Assembly: GCA_903842085.1 (NCBI GenBank)
Contig: CAIMLA010000043.1
Location: forward strand, 1,563-65,562
Length of the DNA stretch: 64,000 nt
Reading direction: 5' to 3'
DNA from: an uncultured bacterium
Lineage (GTDB): Bacteria > Patescibacteriota > CPR2 > UBA1875 > CAIMLA01
Shown here: piece by piece, positions 1 to 9,240 of the stretch
How the letters are laid out: every line of letters starts with the position of its first letter
How positions within the stretch are numbered: position 1 is the stretch's first letter
Translations under genes and position numbers: made by a program
The notes under the pieces: generated by a model
The model's database searches: none
What the model was told of the DNA's origin: nothing
What the model saw: only the letters and a program-made list of their open reading frames with translations

Positions 1-647
1 TTAAATACAACAACGAACAATTGCTGTTAACTGCGCTCACACATCGTTCTTATCTAAATGAACACCACAATATCAAAGAGCACAATGAACGATTAGAATT
101 TTTAGGAGATGCAGTCTTAGAGCTGGTTGTGACTGAATATTTATATAAAAATTATAAGAACCCTGAAGGCGATCTAACCAATTGGCGAAGTGCCTTGGTT
201 AAAACAGAGACCATCTCTGAGGTGGCAAAAGAACTTGGTGTGGAGCAGTATATTTTGATGAGCCGAGGTGAAGCAAAAAGTCTTGGTCGGAGCCGTCAAT
301 TAATCCTAGCTAATATTTTTGAAGCCATCATCGGAAGCATCTATTTGGACCAAGGGTTAGATTCAGCGAAAAAGTTTATTCATGAACAGTTGATTGTCAA
401 ACTCGATAAAATCTTATCAGACAAATTATACATAGATCCAAAAAGTTTATTCCAAGAACTTGTCCAAGACAAAGAAGGGATTACTCCTTATTATGAAGTC
501 ATTGAAGAGGAGGGACCTGATCATGACAAGTTATTTACCGTTGGTGTCTTTGTCGGTGAAAAAAATTGGGGAGAGGGCAAAGGCCCCTCAAAACAAGCCG
601 CTCAAGCTGGGGCAGCGATCAAAGCCATTGAAAAGTACAAAAAATAA
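1..647 (+). CDS. rnc: Ribonuclease III (5' end truncated by window edge; reading frame continues from position 3)
   Basis: RNase III catalytic signature ERLEFLGDAVLELVV preceded by ALTHRSY, with a C-terminal dsRBD-like segment. Upstream in-frame codons encode KYNNEQLLLTALTHRS, so the true start lies left of the window. Confidence 0.85.
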   Translation, partial: KYNNEQLLLTALTHRSYLNEHHNIKEHNERLEFLGDAVLELVVTEYLYKNYKNPEGDLTNWRSALVKTETISEVAKELGVEQYILMSRGEAKSLGRSRQLILANIFEAIIGSIYLDQGLDSAKKFIHEQLIVKLDKILSDKLYIDPKSLFQELVQDKEGITPYYEVIEEEGPDHDKLFTVGVFVGEKNWGEGKGPSKQAAQAGAAIKAIEKYKK

Positions 648-712
648 AAATCGTTATAACATAAATTAAAGCGTTGCTACAAGTGGCGCTTTTTTTGTAC
701 AATTATGCTGTT

Positions 713-3700
713 ATGTATTTAAAGAAACTAGAAATATACGGTTTTAAATCCTTTGGCTCAAAAAGTGTCTTGGACTTTGAGCCGGATTGTGGAGCTGCTG
801 AAATTACGGCAATCGTTGGCCCGAACGGATCAGGGAAAAGTAATGTCGCCGATGCGATCAGATGGGTCTTGGGAGAGCAAAGCAATAATATCCTTAGAAG
901 TAAAAAGAGCGAGGATGTTATTTTTTGTGGTAGTGAATTAAAAAGTCGTTCTTCATTCGCTGAAGTTGTAATCACGCTATCACAAGAAAAAGAAATTATC
1001 ATCGAGATAAATAACAAAAAACATTCATTTCCCGAAATCTCGGTTAGCAGAAGGCTCTACAGAAGCGGGGAAAGCGAATACTTTATTAATCATAAAAAGG
1101 TTAGATTGCTCGATATCCAAGAGACCTTGGCTTTTCTCGGGTTTGGTCAATCAACCTATACCGTGATCGGCCAAGGGATGGTCGATCGACTCCTTTTTTT
1201 CAATGCGGCTGAACGGAAAACCTTATTTGATGAAGCTGCTGGAATAAGGCAGTATAAAATAAAAAGAGACCAATCACTAAAAAGGCTTGTGAGCACAGAG
1301 AGTAATTTAATTCGTCTGAATGATATTCTAAAAGAACTCGAACCACGAGTTGTCAACTTGAGAAGACTAGTCAAAAGGGCCGAAGGACGGAAAGAAATAG
1401 ACCTCCAGCTTGAGGCTTTACAAAGGAAGTACTATGGATCATGTTTCTTCGAAATAGACCAGAAAATCGCTCAATATGATCAAGAAAAGACCCAGATCGA
1501 AAAAGCAATTGAAGAGCTCCGAGCCGTTATAGACCACAATCACCAGCGAAAAACAAATACAGGCGAGAAGGACAGTTTCGGCAAAGAGGAGCTCGCCTGT
1601 AATCTGGAGTTAGATAAGCTATATAGCGATCGAGATAAGCTTATTAGAGAGATTGCTTATCAAGAAGGCCTGAAGGTCGAGAGCGAAAACCAAAAAGAGG
1701 CCAAAAAGCAGCAAAAAAAACGTTTAGACAGGGAGAGAACTCAATACGAAGAAAAGGAGACCCATCTTTGTGCCTTGATCGGAAAAAATCAAAAAGAGAT
1801 CCAAGCGTTGGAAGTAGTCGTAAGTGAGGTTGAAGCAAAAATAGAAAAATTAAAACAGAGCGAAAAGCTACTTGAGTTAAATCAGATAAAAAAATCTGAA
1901 AGTGAACAAACTCAAGCGATCGCAATGATTGAAGATAAAATTGGAAAATTGGAAAGCGATAAAGCCGAACTGAAAGAACAAGCCTTTATCTTGGCCAAGG
2001 ATGAGGAGCGGTCAAGAAAGCTAAAGGCAGATCAAGAACAGCTTTCAAATCAAAAAGAAGCCTCTTTAAGACAAATTAACGAGGTTGAAGAGAAGCAGGC
2101 CGAGACAATGAGAAAGAAAAATAATCTCAAGCGAGAGATTGACCAATTAGAAGAGTTGATCAAAATAATTGTACAAAATATCAAAAGCACCGAGGAGGAA
2201 ATACTAAAGACCAGCGATCATATAAGTGAAAAGAACCTGAAAGAAGTCGAAGACACTTTGATAAAGCTTGAAAGAGAAAAGGAATCATTATTTCAAGTAT
2301 TTTCTAGTACTGACAAAGTAAAAGCCACAACCACTTTTGATTTATTCTCAAGGCTTTTTTCTAAAGCGATGGATCAAATAAAACGACTAACCGACTCCTT
2401 GGATGCACGTAAAAGAGGTGAGAAGGAAAGTAAATTAAATAATTTACGGCAAGAGATGGATCACCAAAAAGAGGCGCTGACTGACTTAATCCTGGCCTTT
2501 GGGAAACTTAGCTCCGATATCGATAATTTTGAGAATAAACAAATCGAATTAACGGATCTTATTAACAATTTGGAGGGTGAGTTAAAATCACTTTCTCTTG
2601 AATTAGCGAAAAAAGACGGGCCAGGGAGGATAGAGGTGATAAGCGGAAAAATTCAGTCAATCGAAAAGGAACTTATTTTGTTAGAAAGAGACAAAAAACC
2701 TTATCTAGACAATGATTTAGAAATACAAAAAAATTATTTAACCAAGAAAAATGAAATACAGAAAAATATATCAGATTTAAATCAAGAACTTTACCATGAG
2801 AACTTGCTTTTAGCCAGAACGAAAAATATTTTAGAAAATCAACAAAAGGAGAAAGAGCTCTCCGTGGAAAAACTAGTTGAAATTGGGCAAGACCTGTCAA
2901 CTCACTTTGGGTCAGAGAATAATACCGTTCAAATACAAGATTCATCGCAACAAAAAGAAAAATTGGAGCAAGTCGAAGGACAAATAAAAGACTATAAGGA
3001 CAAGTTAGATAAGATCTATCTGAAAAAGAAGGAAACCGAAGCGGAAGACAGAAAAGCAGAACAAGAGGCCCATCAATATGAAAGCAAGGTAGTCGAATTT
3101 AGTAAAAAGCTCAACGAAGTCATTATGAGTCTTAGCCACTATCAAACAAAAAAAGAAAGTCTCAACGAAGAAGTTGGAAGCCTGAATAAATTTAATGACT
3201 CTAAGATGGCGCCAGCGGTCTTATCGCAGGAAGAAAAGGATTTGTTAAAAGCCAAAATCGAAAATCTAAAGCGAAAAAAAGAAATAATTGGGGGAGTCGA
3301 TCCTGAAACTATTAGTGAATTCGAGGAGCTTGATCAGAGAGAAACGGTGATGAGGCAGCAAGTTAATGATTTGGTTGTGGCCAAAAGCGACCTGGAAAAA
3401 ATTATTCAAGAATTAGATCAAAAAATTAAGAACAAATTTACTCAGACTTTCTCCGAGATCGCAAAACAATTTAATTATTATTTTTCAGTTTTGTTCAATG
3501 GTGGTTCCTCAAAACTGGAATTTGGTGAAGACGACCAAAACAATCTAGGCGTAGAAATTTCTGCCAGTCCGCCTGGGAAAAAAGTTCAAAGTTTGAATGT
3601 CTTATCAGGAGGGGAGAGAACCTTAACCTCTTTGGCCCTGTTATTCGCAATCCTGTCAGTTAATCCAAGTCCATTTTGTGTCCTAGATGAAGTCGATGCC

Positions 3701-3907
3701 GCCCTTGATGAATCTAACACGATTCGCTTCCTCAATATCCTTAAAAAGTTAAAAGCAAAAACACAATTTATCGTTATCACTCACAATCGAGAGACAATGA
3801 ATGTTGCAAACCTTTTATATGGTGTGACGATGGCAGAAAATCACATCTCAAAATTAATTTCTGTTCAACTTCAAGACGCCAAAGAGATGTCTCACGCCGA
3901 ACATTAA
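713..3907 (+). CDS. smc: Chromosome segregation protein SMC
   Basis: N-terminal Walker A GPNGSGKSN, about 700 aa of coiled-coil (E/K/Q-rich), C-terminal signature LSGGERTLTSLALLFAI and Walker B VLDEVDAALD. Start chosen at the in-frame ATG giving MYLKKLEIYGFKSFG (typical SMC N-terminus). The ORF track's 674 start is an upstream TTG. Confidence 0.9.
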   Translation: MYLKKLEIYGFKSFGSKSVLDFEPDCGAAEITAIVGPNGSGKSNVADAIRWVLGEQSNNILRSKKSEDVIFCGSELKSRSSFAEVVITLSQEKEIIIEINNKKHSFPEISVSRRLYRSGESEYFINHKKVRLLDIQETLAFLGFGQSTYTVIGQGMVDRLLFFNAAERKTLFDEAAGIRQYKIKRDQSLKRLVSTESNLIRLNDILKELEPRVVNLRRLVKRAEGRKEIDLQLEALQRKYYGSCFFEIDQKIAQYDQEKTQIEKAIEELRAVIDHNHQRKTNTGEKDSFGKEELACNLELDKLYSDRDKLIREIAYQEGLKVESENQKEAKKQQKKRLDRERTQYEEKETHLCALIGKNQKEIQALEVVVSEVEAKIEKLKQSEKLLELNQIKKSESEQTQAIAMIEDKIGKLESDKAELKEQAFILAKDEERSRKLKADQEQLSNQKEASLRQINEVEEKQAETMRKKNNLKREIDQLEELIKIIVQNIKSTEEEILKTSDHISEKNLKEVEDTLIKLEREKESLFQVFSSTDKVKATTTFDLFSRLFSKAMDQIKRLTDSLDARKRGEKESKLNNLRQEMDHQKEALTDLILAFGKLSSDIDNFENKQIELTDLINNLEGELKSLSLELAKKDGPGRIEVISGKIQSIEKELILLERDKKPYLDNDLEIQKNYLTKKNEIQKNISDLNQELYHENLLLARTKNILENQQKEKELSVEKLVEIGQDLSTHFGSENNTVQIQDSSQQKEKLEQVEGQIKDYKDKLDKIYLKKKETEAEDRKAEQEAHQYESKVVEFSKKLNEVIMSLSHYQTKKESLNEEVGSLNKFNDSKMAPAVLSQEEKDLLKAKIENLKRKKEIIGGVDPETISEFEELDQRETVMRQQVNDLVVAKSDLEKIIQELDQKIKNKFTQTFSEIAKQFNYYFSVLFNGGSSKLEFGEDDQNNLGVEISASPPGKKVQSLNVLSGGERTLTSLALLFAILSVNPSPFCVLDEVDAALDESNTIRFLNILKKLKAKTQFIVITHNRETMNVANLLYGVTMAENHISKLISVQLQDAKEMSHAEH

Positions 3908-3927
3908 GGTAGATCGATAACAAGCGA

Positions 3928-3956
3928 TTGACAAAAAGTGATATTTTTATTAATAT
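3928..3956 (+). promoter_or_regulatory. Sigma-70-type promoter for the rpsP operon (TTGACA, 17-nt spacer, TAATAT)
   Basis: TTGACA at 3928-3933, 17-nt spacer, TAATAT at 3951-3956, about 40 nt upstream of the rpsP GTG start that has an AAGGAG RBS. Confidence 0.55.
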
Positions 3957-3995
3957 TAGCAAAGTTATTATACAGTTTAACCGTAAGGAGAGAGA

Positions 3996-4430
3996 GTGGT
4001 AGTAATCAGATTATCCCGAGTTGGGAAAAAAAAGCAAGCCTTCTATCGTGTCGTAGTGGCAGATTCAAGACGACCAGTAACGGCAAAATTTATTGAAATA
4101 TTGGGTTGGTATAATCCCCATACTAAAGAACTGAATGTGAAAAAAGAAAAAATCGAAACCTGGTTTAGTCATGGCGCCAAACCATCTAACTCAGTCGCTA
4201 TTCTATTTGAAAAAAATAAGATCGCTTTACCGAGTTGGGTGAAGATTGAAAAGAAGAGTAAAAAACCAAAGAAAGAAGTCGAAATGGCTGAACCAGCCAA
4301 AGAAACTCCCGCCCCGGTAGAGCCACCAGAGGAGCCTCAAAGCCCCGAACAAGCTTCCGACGAAGTTGCACTAGACGATAAGAAACAGAATAATATAGAC
4401 AATACAAAAGTATCGGCTGACGATAAATAA
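3996..4430 (+). CDS. rpsP: 30S ribosomal protein S16 with a long acidic/Pro-rich C-terminal extension
   Basis: MVVIRLSRVGKKKQAFYRVVVADSRRPVTAKFIEILGWYNP matches the S16 N-terminal consensus. GTG start with AAGGAG RBS. The C-terminal 60 aa are low-complexity (E/P/K-rich). Confidence 0.9.
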   Translation: MVVIRLSRVGKKKQAFYRVVVADSRRPVTAKFIEILGWYNPHTKELNVKKEKIETWFSHGAKPSNSVAILFEKNKIALPSWVKIEKKSKKPKKEVEMAEPAKETPAPVEPPEEPQSPEQASDEVALDDKKQNNIDNTKVSADDK

Positions 4431-4444
4431 AAAAGGAGAGTCTT

Positions 4445-4831
4445 ATGCCAGCAAAAGAAGCAGATCAAGAGTTTGTAGAGTACATTGTTAAACAACTAGT
4501 TACCCAGCCCGACAAGGTTCAAACGACTCGTAAAATTGACGAGCTAGGAGTTCTTGTGGAGCTTATCGTAGATCGAGATGATATGGGGGTTGTTATTGGC
4601 AAAGAAGGCAAAACAGCCAAAGCCATTAGAACTTTACTGAGAGTCATGGGAGCAAAAAACGACGCTCGGATTAACCTTAAAATTATTGAGCCTGATGGTG
4701 ATAGCAAGAGAGAAGAAAAGGTCCCAGAAAAAATTGAAGAAACCGAAGAAGTAGAAAAAGAAGAGGTTGCTAAAGCCGAGGATGAGCCAGAGAAGGAAGA
4801 CGAAGCGCCAATGGCAGACTTAGAACTTTAG
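4445..4831 (+). CDS. KH-domain RNA-binding protein (YlqC/KhpA-like) with acidic C-terminal tail
   Basis: KH motif VVIGKEGKTAKAIRTLL. Sits immediately downstream of rpsP, as in Firmicute rpsP-ylqC synteny. E-rich C-terminal tail. Confidence 0.75.
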   Translation: MPAKEADQEFVEYIVKQLVTQPDKVQTTRKIDELGVLVELIVDRDDMGVVIGKEGKTAKAIRTLLRVMGAKNDARINLKIIEPDGDSKREEKVPEKIEETEEVEKEEVAKAEDEPEKEDEAPMADLEL

Positions 4832-4856
4832 TTTTAGGGAATAAAAGGATACAATA

Positions 4857-4885
4857 ATGGAGCCACTTTGTGGCTCCATTTATAT
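4857..4885 (+). terminator. Intrinsic terminator-like hairpin (10-bp stem ATGGAGCCAC/GTGGCTCCAT, loop TTT) followed by a T-rich tract
   Basis: Perfect 10-bp inverted repeat directly after the KH-protein stop, followed by TTATAT. Confidence 0.5.
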
Positions 4886-4890
4886 AAAAT

Positions 4891-5568
4891 ATGAAATTCA
4901 TTATCATCACCCTATTTCCTGAAATGTTCAAAGGCCCCTTGACCGAAAGTATTTTACCAAGAGCTCAAAAGAACGGCTTGGTTCATTTTGATTTTCTTAA
5001 TCTCCGAGACTTTGGTCTTGGTTCAAGAAAAAAAGTCGATGACACCCCTTATGGGGGTGGCGCCGGCATGGTCTTAAGAGTTGATGTGATGGCGGAAGCG
5101 ATCGCGGCGGCCAAATCAAAAATAAAGAATCAGAAGTCAAAGGTTATCCTTTTGACACCTCAGGGTAAAGTATTCAATCATTCAAAGGCGGTTGAACTGT
5201 CCCAAAAATACGAAGCTCTGATCTTGGTTTGTGGTCATTACGAGGGTTTTGATGAGAGAATAAGAAACCTAGTAGACGAAGAGATCTCGATTGGCGAATA
5301 TGTCCTAACTGGAGGAGAGATACCGGCAATGGTTTTAATCGACAGTATCAGCCGCTTATTGCCAGGTGTTCTTGGAACTACCGAATCGCTTAATGCCGAA
5401 TCATTTACCGATGGCCAATTATTGGAATATCCTCAATATACTAGGCCAGACGACTATGACAACCTGACGGTGCCAGAGATCCTAAAATCAGGTAATCATG
5501 CAGAAATTGAGACTTGGAGAAAAGCCCAATCGATTGCAAAAAGCCAAATTTACAAAAAAAGAAATTGA
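4891..5568 (+). CDS. trmD: tRNA (guanine37-N1)-methyltransferase
   Basis: MKFIIITLFPEMF... and PYGGGAGMV motifs typical of the TrmD SPOUT fold. About 225 aa. Confidence 0.9.
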   Translation: MKFIIITLFPEMFKGPLTESILPRAQKNGLVHFDFLNLRDFGLGSRKKVDDTPYGGGAGMVLRVDVMAEAIAAAKSKIKNQKSKVILLTPQGKVFNHSKAVELSQKYEALILVCGHYEGFDERIRNLVDEEISIGEYVLTGGEIPAMVLIDSISRLLPGVLGTTESLNAESFTDGQLLEYPQYTRPDDYDNLTVPEILKSGNHAEIETWRKAQSIAKSQIYKKRN

Positions 5569-5618
5569 TGGTTTATCATTAATTATTTTGATATTATGTT
5601 AATAAGAAAAGGAGAAAA

Positions 5619-5798
5619 ATGGCAAAATTTAAGGTCAATCAAGAAGTGTGTATTGGTTGTGGAACTTGCGTGAGCTTATGTCCAGATTGTTTTGAACTGA
5701 ATGATGAAGGTAAGTCGCATGTTATTTTAGAAGAATGTGATTGTGACTCCGCTGAAATTGTAAATGACTGTCCGGTTCGAGCTATAACTGTAGAATAA
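5619..5798 (+). CDS. Small 4Fe-4S ferredoxin (59 aa)
   Basis: Not in the ORF track (under 60 aa). ATG with GGAGAAAAA RBS. CIGCGTCVSLCP plus C..C..C...CP cysteine clusters characteristic of a small ferredoxin. Confidence 0.7.
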   Translation: MAKFKVNQEVCIGCGTCVSLCPDCFELNDEGKSHVILEECDCDSAEIVNDCPVRAITVE

Positions 5799-5799
5799 A

Positions 5800-6480
5800 A
5801 TGGATGATTTTGACGAAAAGACGGGCTCTAATGATAAGATTTGGAAAATAATCACTGCTTTGGCTGTCGTTCTTTTTGTCGTTGCAATAGTCTTTGTCAT
5901 TATCTTTGGTCTTCGGGTTCAAAGTAATAATAAGATAAAAGACCAAGAAATCTCCGCCAATCTTAAAGCTCAGGAAAAGGTCTTAAGAAATGAATTTCTG
6001 CAAGAAACAGAGTCAGATGATATTCAATATACAACCTCTCCTTACTTTGGCAGTCTAAAATTTAGTTATCCAAAAATTTGGTCAACAAATATTGCGATCA
6101 ATGAAGGCTCAGGAGAAGAATTCATCTTTATGGCTGACCCCAACTTGATCGAAATAAATGAAAAAGCTGCCTATACCCCAACTGCGCTTAAAGTAACCAT
6201 CAATAAAGACCGTTATGAGACCGTTTTGAAAAAGCTTGAGGACAAAAATAAAAGCGCCAAAGCGCCGTATAAGTGGACTGAAGCCGATACAGTTGTTTCA
6301 GAAATAAAAGGAAAGGTTTTCTCTGGATTGTACAGCAAGGAGAACCCAAACCGCTATATTATGGTTTTGGTTCCGTATCGAGACAAGACCTTGATCATTA
6401 GCACTGATGGTAGCACCACCGAGGATACCTATAAGAGCCAATTTGAAAAGACCTTAAGCTCATTTGAACTCAGAAAATAA
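5800..6480 (+). CDS. Hypothetical N-terminally membrane-anchored protein (paralog family member 1)
   Basis: Single N-terminal TM helix. Extracytoplasmic domain begins with YFGSLKFSYPKIW, a motif shared with the ORFs at 19233 and 46396. Confidence 0.6.
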   Translation: MDDFDEKTGSNDKIWKIITALAVVLFVVAIVFVIIFGLRVQSNNKIKDQEISANLKAQEKVLRNEFLQETESDDIQYTTSPYFGSLKFSYPKIWSTNIAINEGSGEEFIFMADPNLIEINEKAAYTPTALKVTINKDRYETVLKKLEDKNKSAKAPYKWTEADTVVSEIKGKVFSGLYSKENPNRYIMVLVPYRDKTLIISTDGSTTEDTYKSQFEKTLSSFELRK

Positions 6481-6521
6481 ATATTATATAATAGAGCACT
6501 CATAAACTCCGAGATTTTAAG

Positions 6522-8597
6522 ATGGAGCAAAACATTTTTAAATTAAAAAGTAACTTTGAACCACAAGGCGATCAGGGCCAAGCGATCGCTAAACTTAATC
6601 GTGGTTTAGAAAATAACTTCAGATATCAGACTCTCCTGGGGGTGACTGGTTCTGGGAAGACCTTTACTATGGCCAAGGTTGTCGAAAAAATACAGAAGCC
6701 AACCCTGATTATTTCTCATAATAAAACCTTAGCCGCCCAGCTTTATAGTGAATTTAAAGAATTTTTCCCAAACAACGCTGTTCATTACTTTGTCAGCTAT
6801 TATGACTACTACCAACCGGAAGCATATATACCAAGGACAGACACCTACATTGAAAAAGACGCTTCCATCAATGAAGAAATTGATCGTCTCCGGAATGCTG
6901 CCACGAGTGCCCTATTATCAAGGCAAGACACTCTGATTGTCGCGAGTGTTTCTTGTATCTATGGCTTGGGGGATCCAGAAGATTACAATACTTTAGCTTT
7001 GTCTTTAGAGCTAGGAGAAGAACGGAGTCGAGATAAGATCATTAGAAGACTAATTGACATCCAATATAACCGGAATGATAAGGTTTTTGAGCGAAGTAAC
7101 TTTAGGGTTAGGGGTGAGACAATTGATATTTGGCCAAGTTATGAAGAAGAAGGCATTAGATTGGAATTAGATAGTAATAATAGAATTTGTGTTATAAAAA
7201 AATTTAACCCCTTAACCGGAGAATTTTTGTCGAAGCTGAATTCGGTGACAATTTTTCCAGCCAAACATTTCGTAACGACGAAAGAGCGGATTAAAGAAGC
7301 GACCATAAAAATTAAGAGTGAACTGGAAGAGAGAATAACCGACTTAAAGAATGACAGTAAATTGCTCGAAGCCGAACGGCTGTCGCAAAGAACCAACTAT
7401 GATATGGAAATGCTCGAGGAGGTCGGATACTGCTCAGGGATAGAAAACTATTCTCGTCACCTGACAAATCGTCCACCAGGCGTCCAGCCAGCCACCCTGA
7501 TTGATTATTTCCCAGAGGATTACCTTCTCATGGTTGACGAATCTCATATGACCATACCTCAAATCAGGGGGATGTTTCACGGGGATTATTCGCGGAAGAA
7601 AACCTTGATCGACTTTGGCTTTAGACTGCCGAGCGCCTTTGATAATAGACCACTGAAATTTCATGAATTTGAGGATCATATTAAAAATGCTATTTTCGTT
7701 TCGGCAACGCCAGGTAGCTATGAGATTGAGAAAAGCACCGATGGGCAAGTACTAACCGCTGAGGAGTACTACCTGGCAGTTAAAAAAGGGAGAGACTTTG
7801 CCAAAATTAGTGAACAGGTCATTAGGCCAACCGGGTTATTAGATCCAATGATTGAGGTTAGAAAAACGGCTAATCAAATAGATGATCTAATCGCCGAGAT
7901 TAGAAGAGTCATCAAAACCAAGCAAAGGGTTTTGATTACGACCCTAACTAAAAAAATGGCAGAGGAACTGGCACAGTATTTGGCGGAGATGAATATTAGG
8001 GTCAAATATTTGCATTCTGAAATTCATACTTTAGATCGGCCCGAAATCATCCGAGAACTAAGATTGGGTATCTATGATGTTTTAGTAGGAATCAACCTGC
8101 TGAGAGAAGGCATCGATCTGCCCGAGGTTTCTTTGGTTGCAATCTTAGATGCGGATAAAGAAGGTTTTCTAAGAAGCGAGCAAGCGTTAATTCAAACTAT
8201 AGGCCGAGCGGCTCGTCACAGTCAAGGGCGAGTTATCATGTACGCTGACCAAAGAACTGGATCAATGGAAAGAGCAATCTTTGAAACAAATAGACGCCGA
8301 GAAATTCAAGAAAAATATAACCAGCTAAACAATATAACGCCGATAACAATCAAGAAAAAAATTGCGGACTCAATGGCTTCTCCTAAAAAAGGTGAAAATA
8401 ATGATGGTAAGTTCGAGATTTCTGGAATACCAAGAGATGAACTTGAAAGATTAATTAGAGATCTTGAAAAAAAGATGAATCTGGCCGCTAAAAATTTGGA
8501 GTTTGAAAAAGCCTCGGAATTCCGCGATCAAATAAGGTTGATCCGAACTGAATTAGAAAAAAACGATTTTAAGAAGAAAATTAAAAAACTTAGTTAG
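6522..8597 (+). CDS. uvrB: Excinuclease ABC subunit B
   Basis: Helicase motif [14 protein letters not shown] box (MVDESHMT), C-terminal UVR domain ([15 protein letters not shown]). About 690 aa. Confidence 0.92.
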   Translation: MEQNIFKLKSNFEPQGDQGQAIAKLNRGLENNFRYQTLLGVTGSGKTFTMAKVVEKIQKPTLIISHNKTLAAQLYSEFKEFFPNNAVHYFVSYYDYYQPEAYIPRTDTYIEKDASINEEIDRLRNAATSALLSRQDTLIVASVSCIYGLGDPEDYNTLALSLELGEERSRDKIIRRLIDIQYNRNDKVFERSNFRVRGETIDIWPSYEEEGIRLELDSNNRICVIKKFNPLTGEFLSKLNSVTIFPAKHFVTTKERIKEATIKIKSELEERITDLKNDSKLLEAERLSQRTNYDMEMLEEVGYCSGIENYSRHLTNRPPGVQPATLIDYFPEDYLLMVDESHMTIPQIRGMFHGDYSRKKTLIDFGFRLPSAFDNRPLKFHEFEDHIKNAIFVSATPGSYEIEKSTDGQVLTAEEYYLAVKKGRDFAKISEQVIRPTGLLDPMIEVRKTANQIDDLIAEIRRVIKTKQRVLITTLTKKMAEELAQYLAEMNIRVKYLHSEIHTLDRPEIIRELRLGIYDVLVGINLLREGIDLPEVSLVAILDADKEGFLRSEQALIQTIGRAARHSQGRVIMYADQRTGSMERAIFETNRRREIQEKYNQLNNITPITIKKKIADSMASPKKGENNDGKFEISGIPRDELERLIRDLEKKMNLAAKNLEFEKASEFRDQIRLIRTELEKNDFKKKIKKLS

Positions 8598-8633
8598 ATT
8601 AGTTATAGTTGTCCTGCCGATCAGGACATAGCC

Positions 8634-9092
8634 CTAATCGGCAGGTTTTGGTTTGAGTTTTTTTACAGCAGGAACTTTGATCGTGGTAACGTAATTGTTG
8701 CCTTCTTTTTTCAGATTAATTGTGCCACCGATGCGGGCCAGAAGTTTTTTGGCGATCATTAAACCCCGACCGTGACAACGAAGCTCGTCTCCGGGCTTGT
8801 CTTCTTCTTTGACGCAATCTAGGCCATTGCCATTAGGTGAGTCTGGGTTGATAATTTGTACCGTTAACCCCGCATCATCTCTAACAATAGTGGCTGAAAC
8901 ATCACAGCCGCCATAGAGAAGGCCATTACTGACCGCCTCACTAACAGGGACGGTTACGCAAAGCACGTCTTTTGGATTAATGATACTTAGGGCCTCTTCT
9001 GCCGCCGCATCTCTTATAATGGCCATTGGACTTTGACCGGTTTCGTTTTCTTCTGAGTGTAAATCTAGCTTATAACGACGGGTGATAATCAC
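8634..9092 (-). CDS. GHKL/HATPase-type anti-sigma regulatory factor-like serine kinase (RsbW/SpoIIAB-like)
   Basis: 152 aa. N-box-like SEAVSNGLL, then RDDAGL, then G2-box HGRGLMIAKKL, in the GHKL order. Size matches RsbW/SpoIIAB. No adjacent STAS or sigma-factor gene. Confidence 0.55.
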   Translation of the reverse strand: MIITRRYKLDLHSEENETGQSPMAIIRDAAAEEALSIINPKDVLCVTVPVSEAVSNGLLYGGCDVSATIVRDDAGLTVQIINPDSPNGNGLDCVKEEDKPGDELRCHGRGLMIAKKLLARIGGTINLKKEGNNYVTTIKVPAVKKLKPKPAD

Positions 9093-9178
9093 GAGAATCG
9101 CTCCTCAGTAAACTGATTTTTAATGTTCAAACCTATCCCTATTGTCTCCCATGGAATGAAATTGTCAAATCAAAATGC

Positions 9179-9207
9179 TTGAAATGTGGCTAAAAAAAGA
9201 GTACAAT
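9179..9207 (+). promoter_or_regulatory. Sigma-70-type promoter upstream of uvrA (TTGAAA, 17-nt spacer, TACAAT)
   Basis: TTGAAA at 9179-9184, 17-nt spacer, TACAAT at 9202-9207. GAGGGG RBS before the ATG at 9241. Confidence 0.5.
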
Positions 9208-9240
9208 TTTAAAGTTTCTGACGCTAATTGAGGGGATTAA

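Noticed and set aside
460-669. 69-aa plus-strand ORF overlapping the 3' end of rnc in another frame
   Set aside because: Embedded in the rnc dsRBD coding region; no independent signals.
703-3962. Numerous 60-150-aa antisense ORFs inside smc, and similarly inside ligA (21096-21560), rplS/rnhB (31714-32163), clpC (35104-36690), recG, rpoB, rpoC and fusA
   Set aside because: Fully embedded in strongly supported conserved genes; low-complexity translations with no RBS or promoter. Typical antisense-frame noise from A/G-rich (Lys/Glu) coding strands.
9093-9240. Search for an SOS/LexA box (CGAACnnnnGTTCG or CTGTn8ACAG) upstream of uvrA and uvrB
   Set aside because: No match found in either upstream region. 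Only ordinary sigma-70 promoter elements are present.
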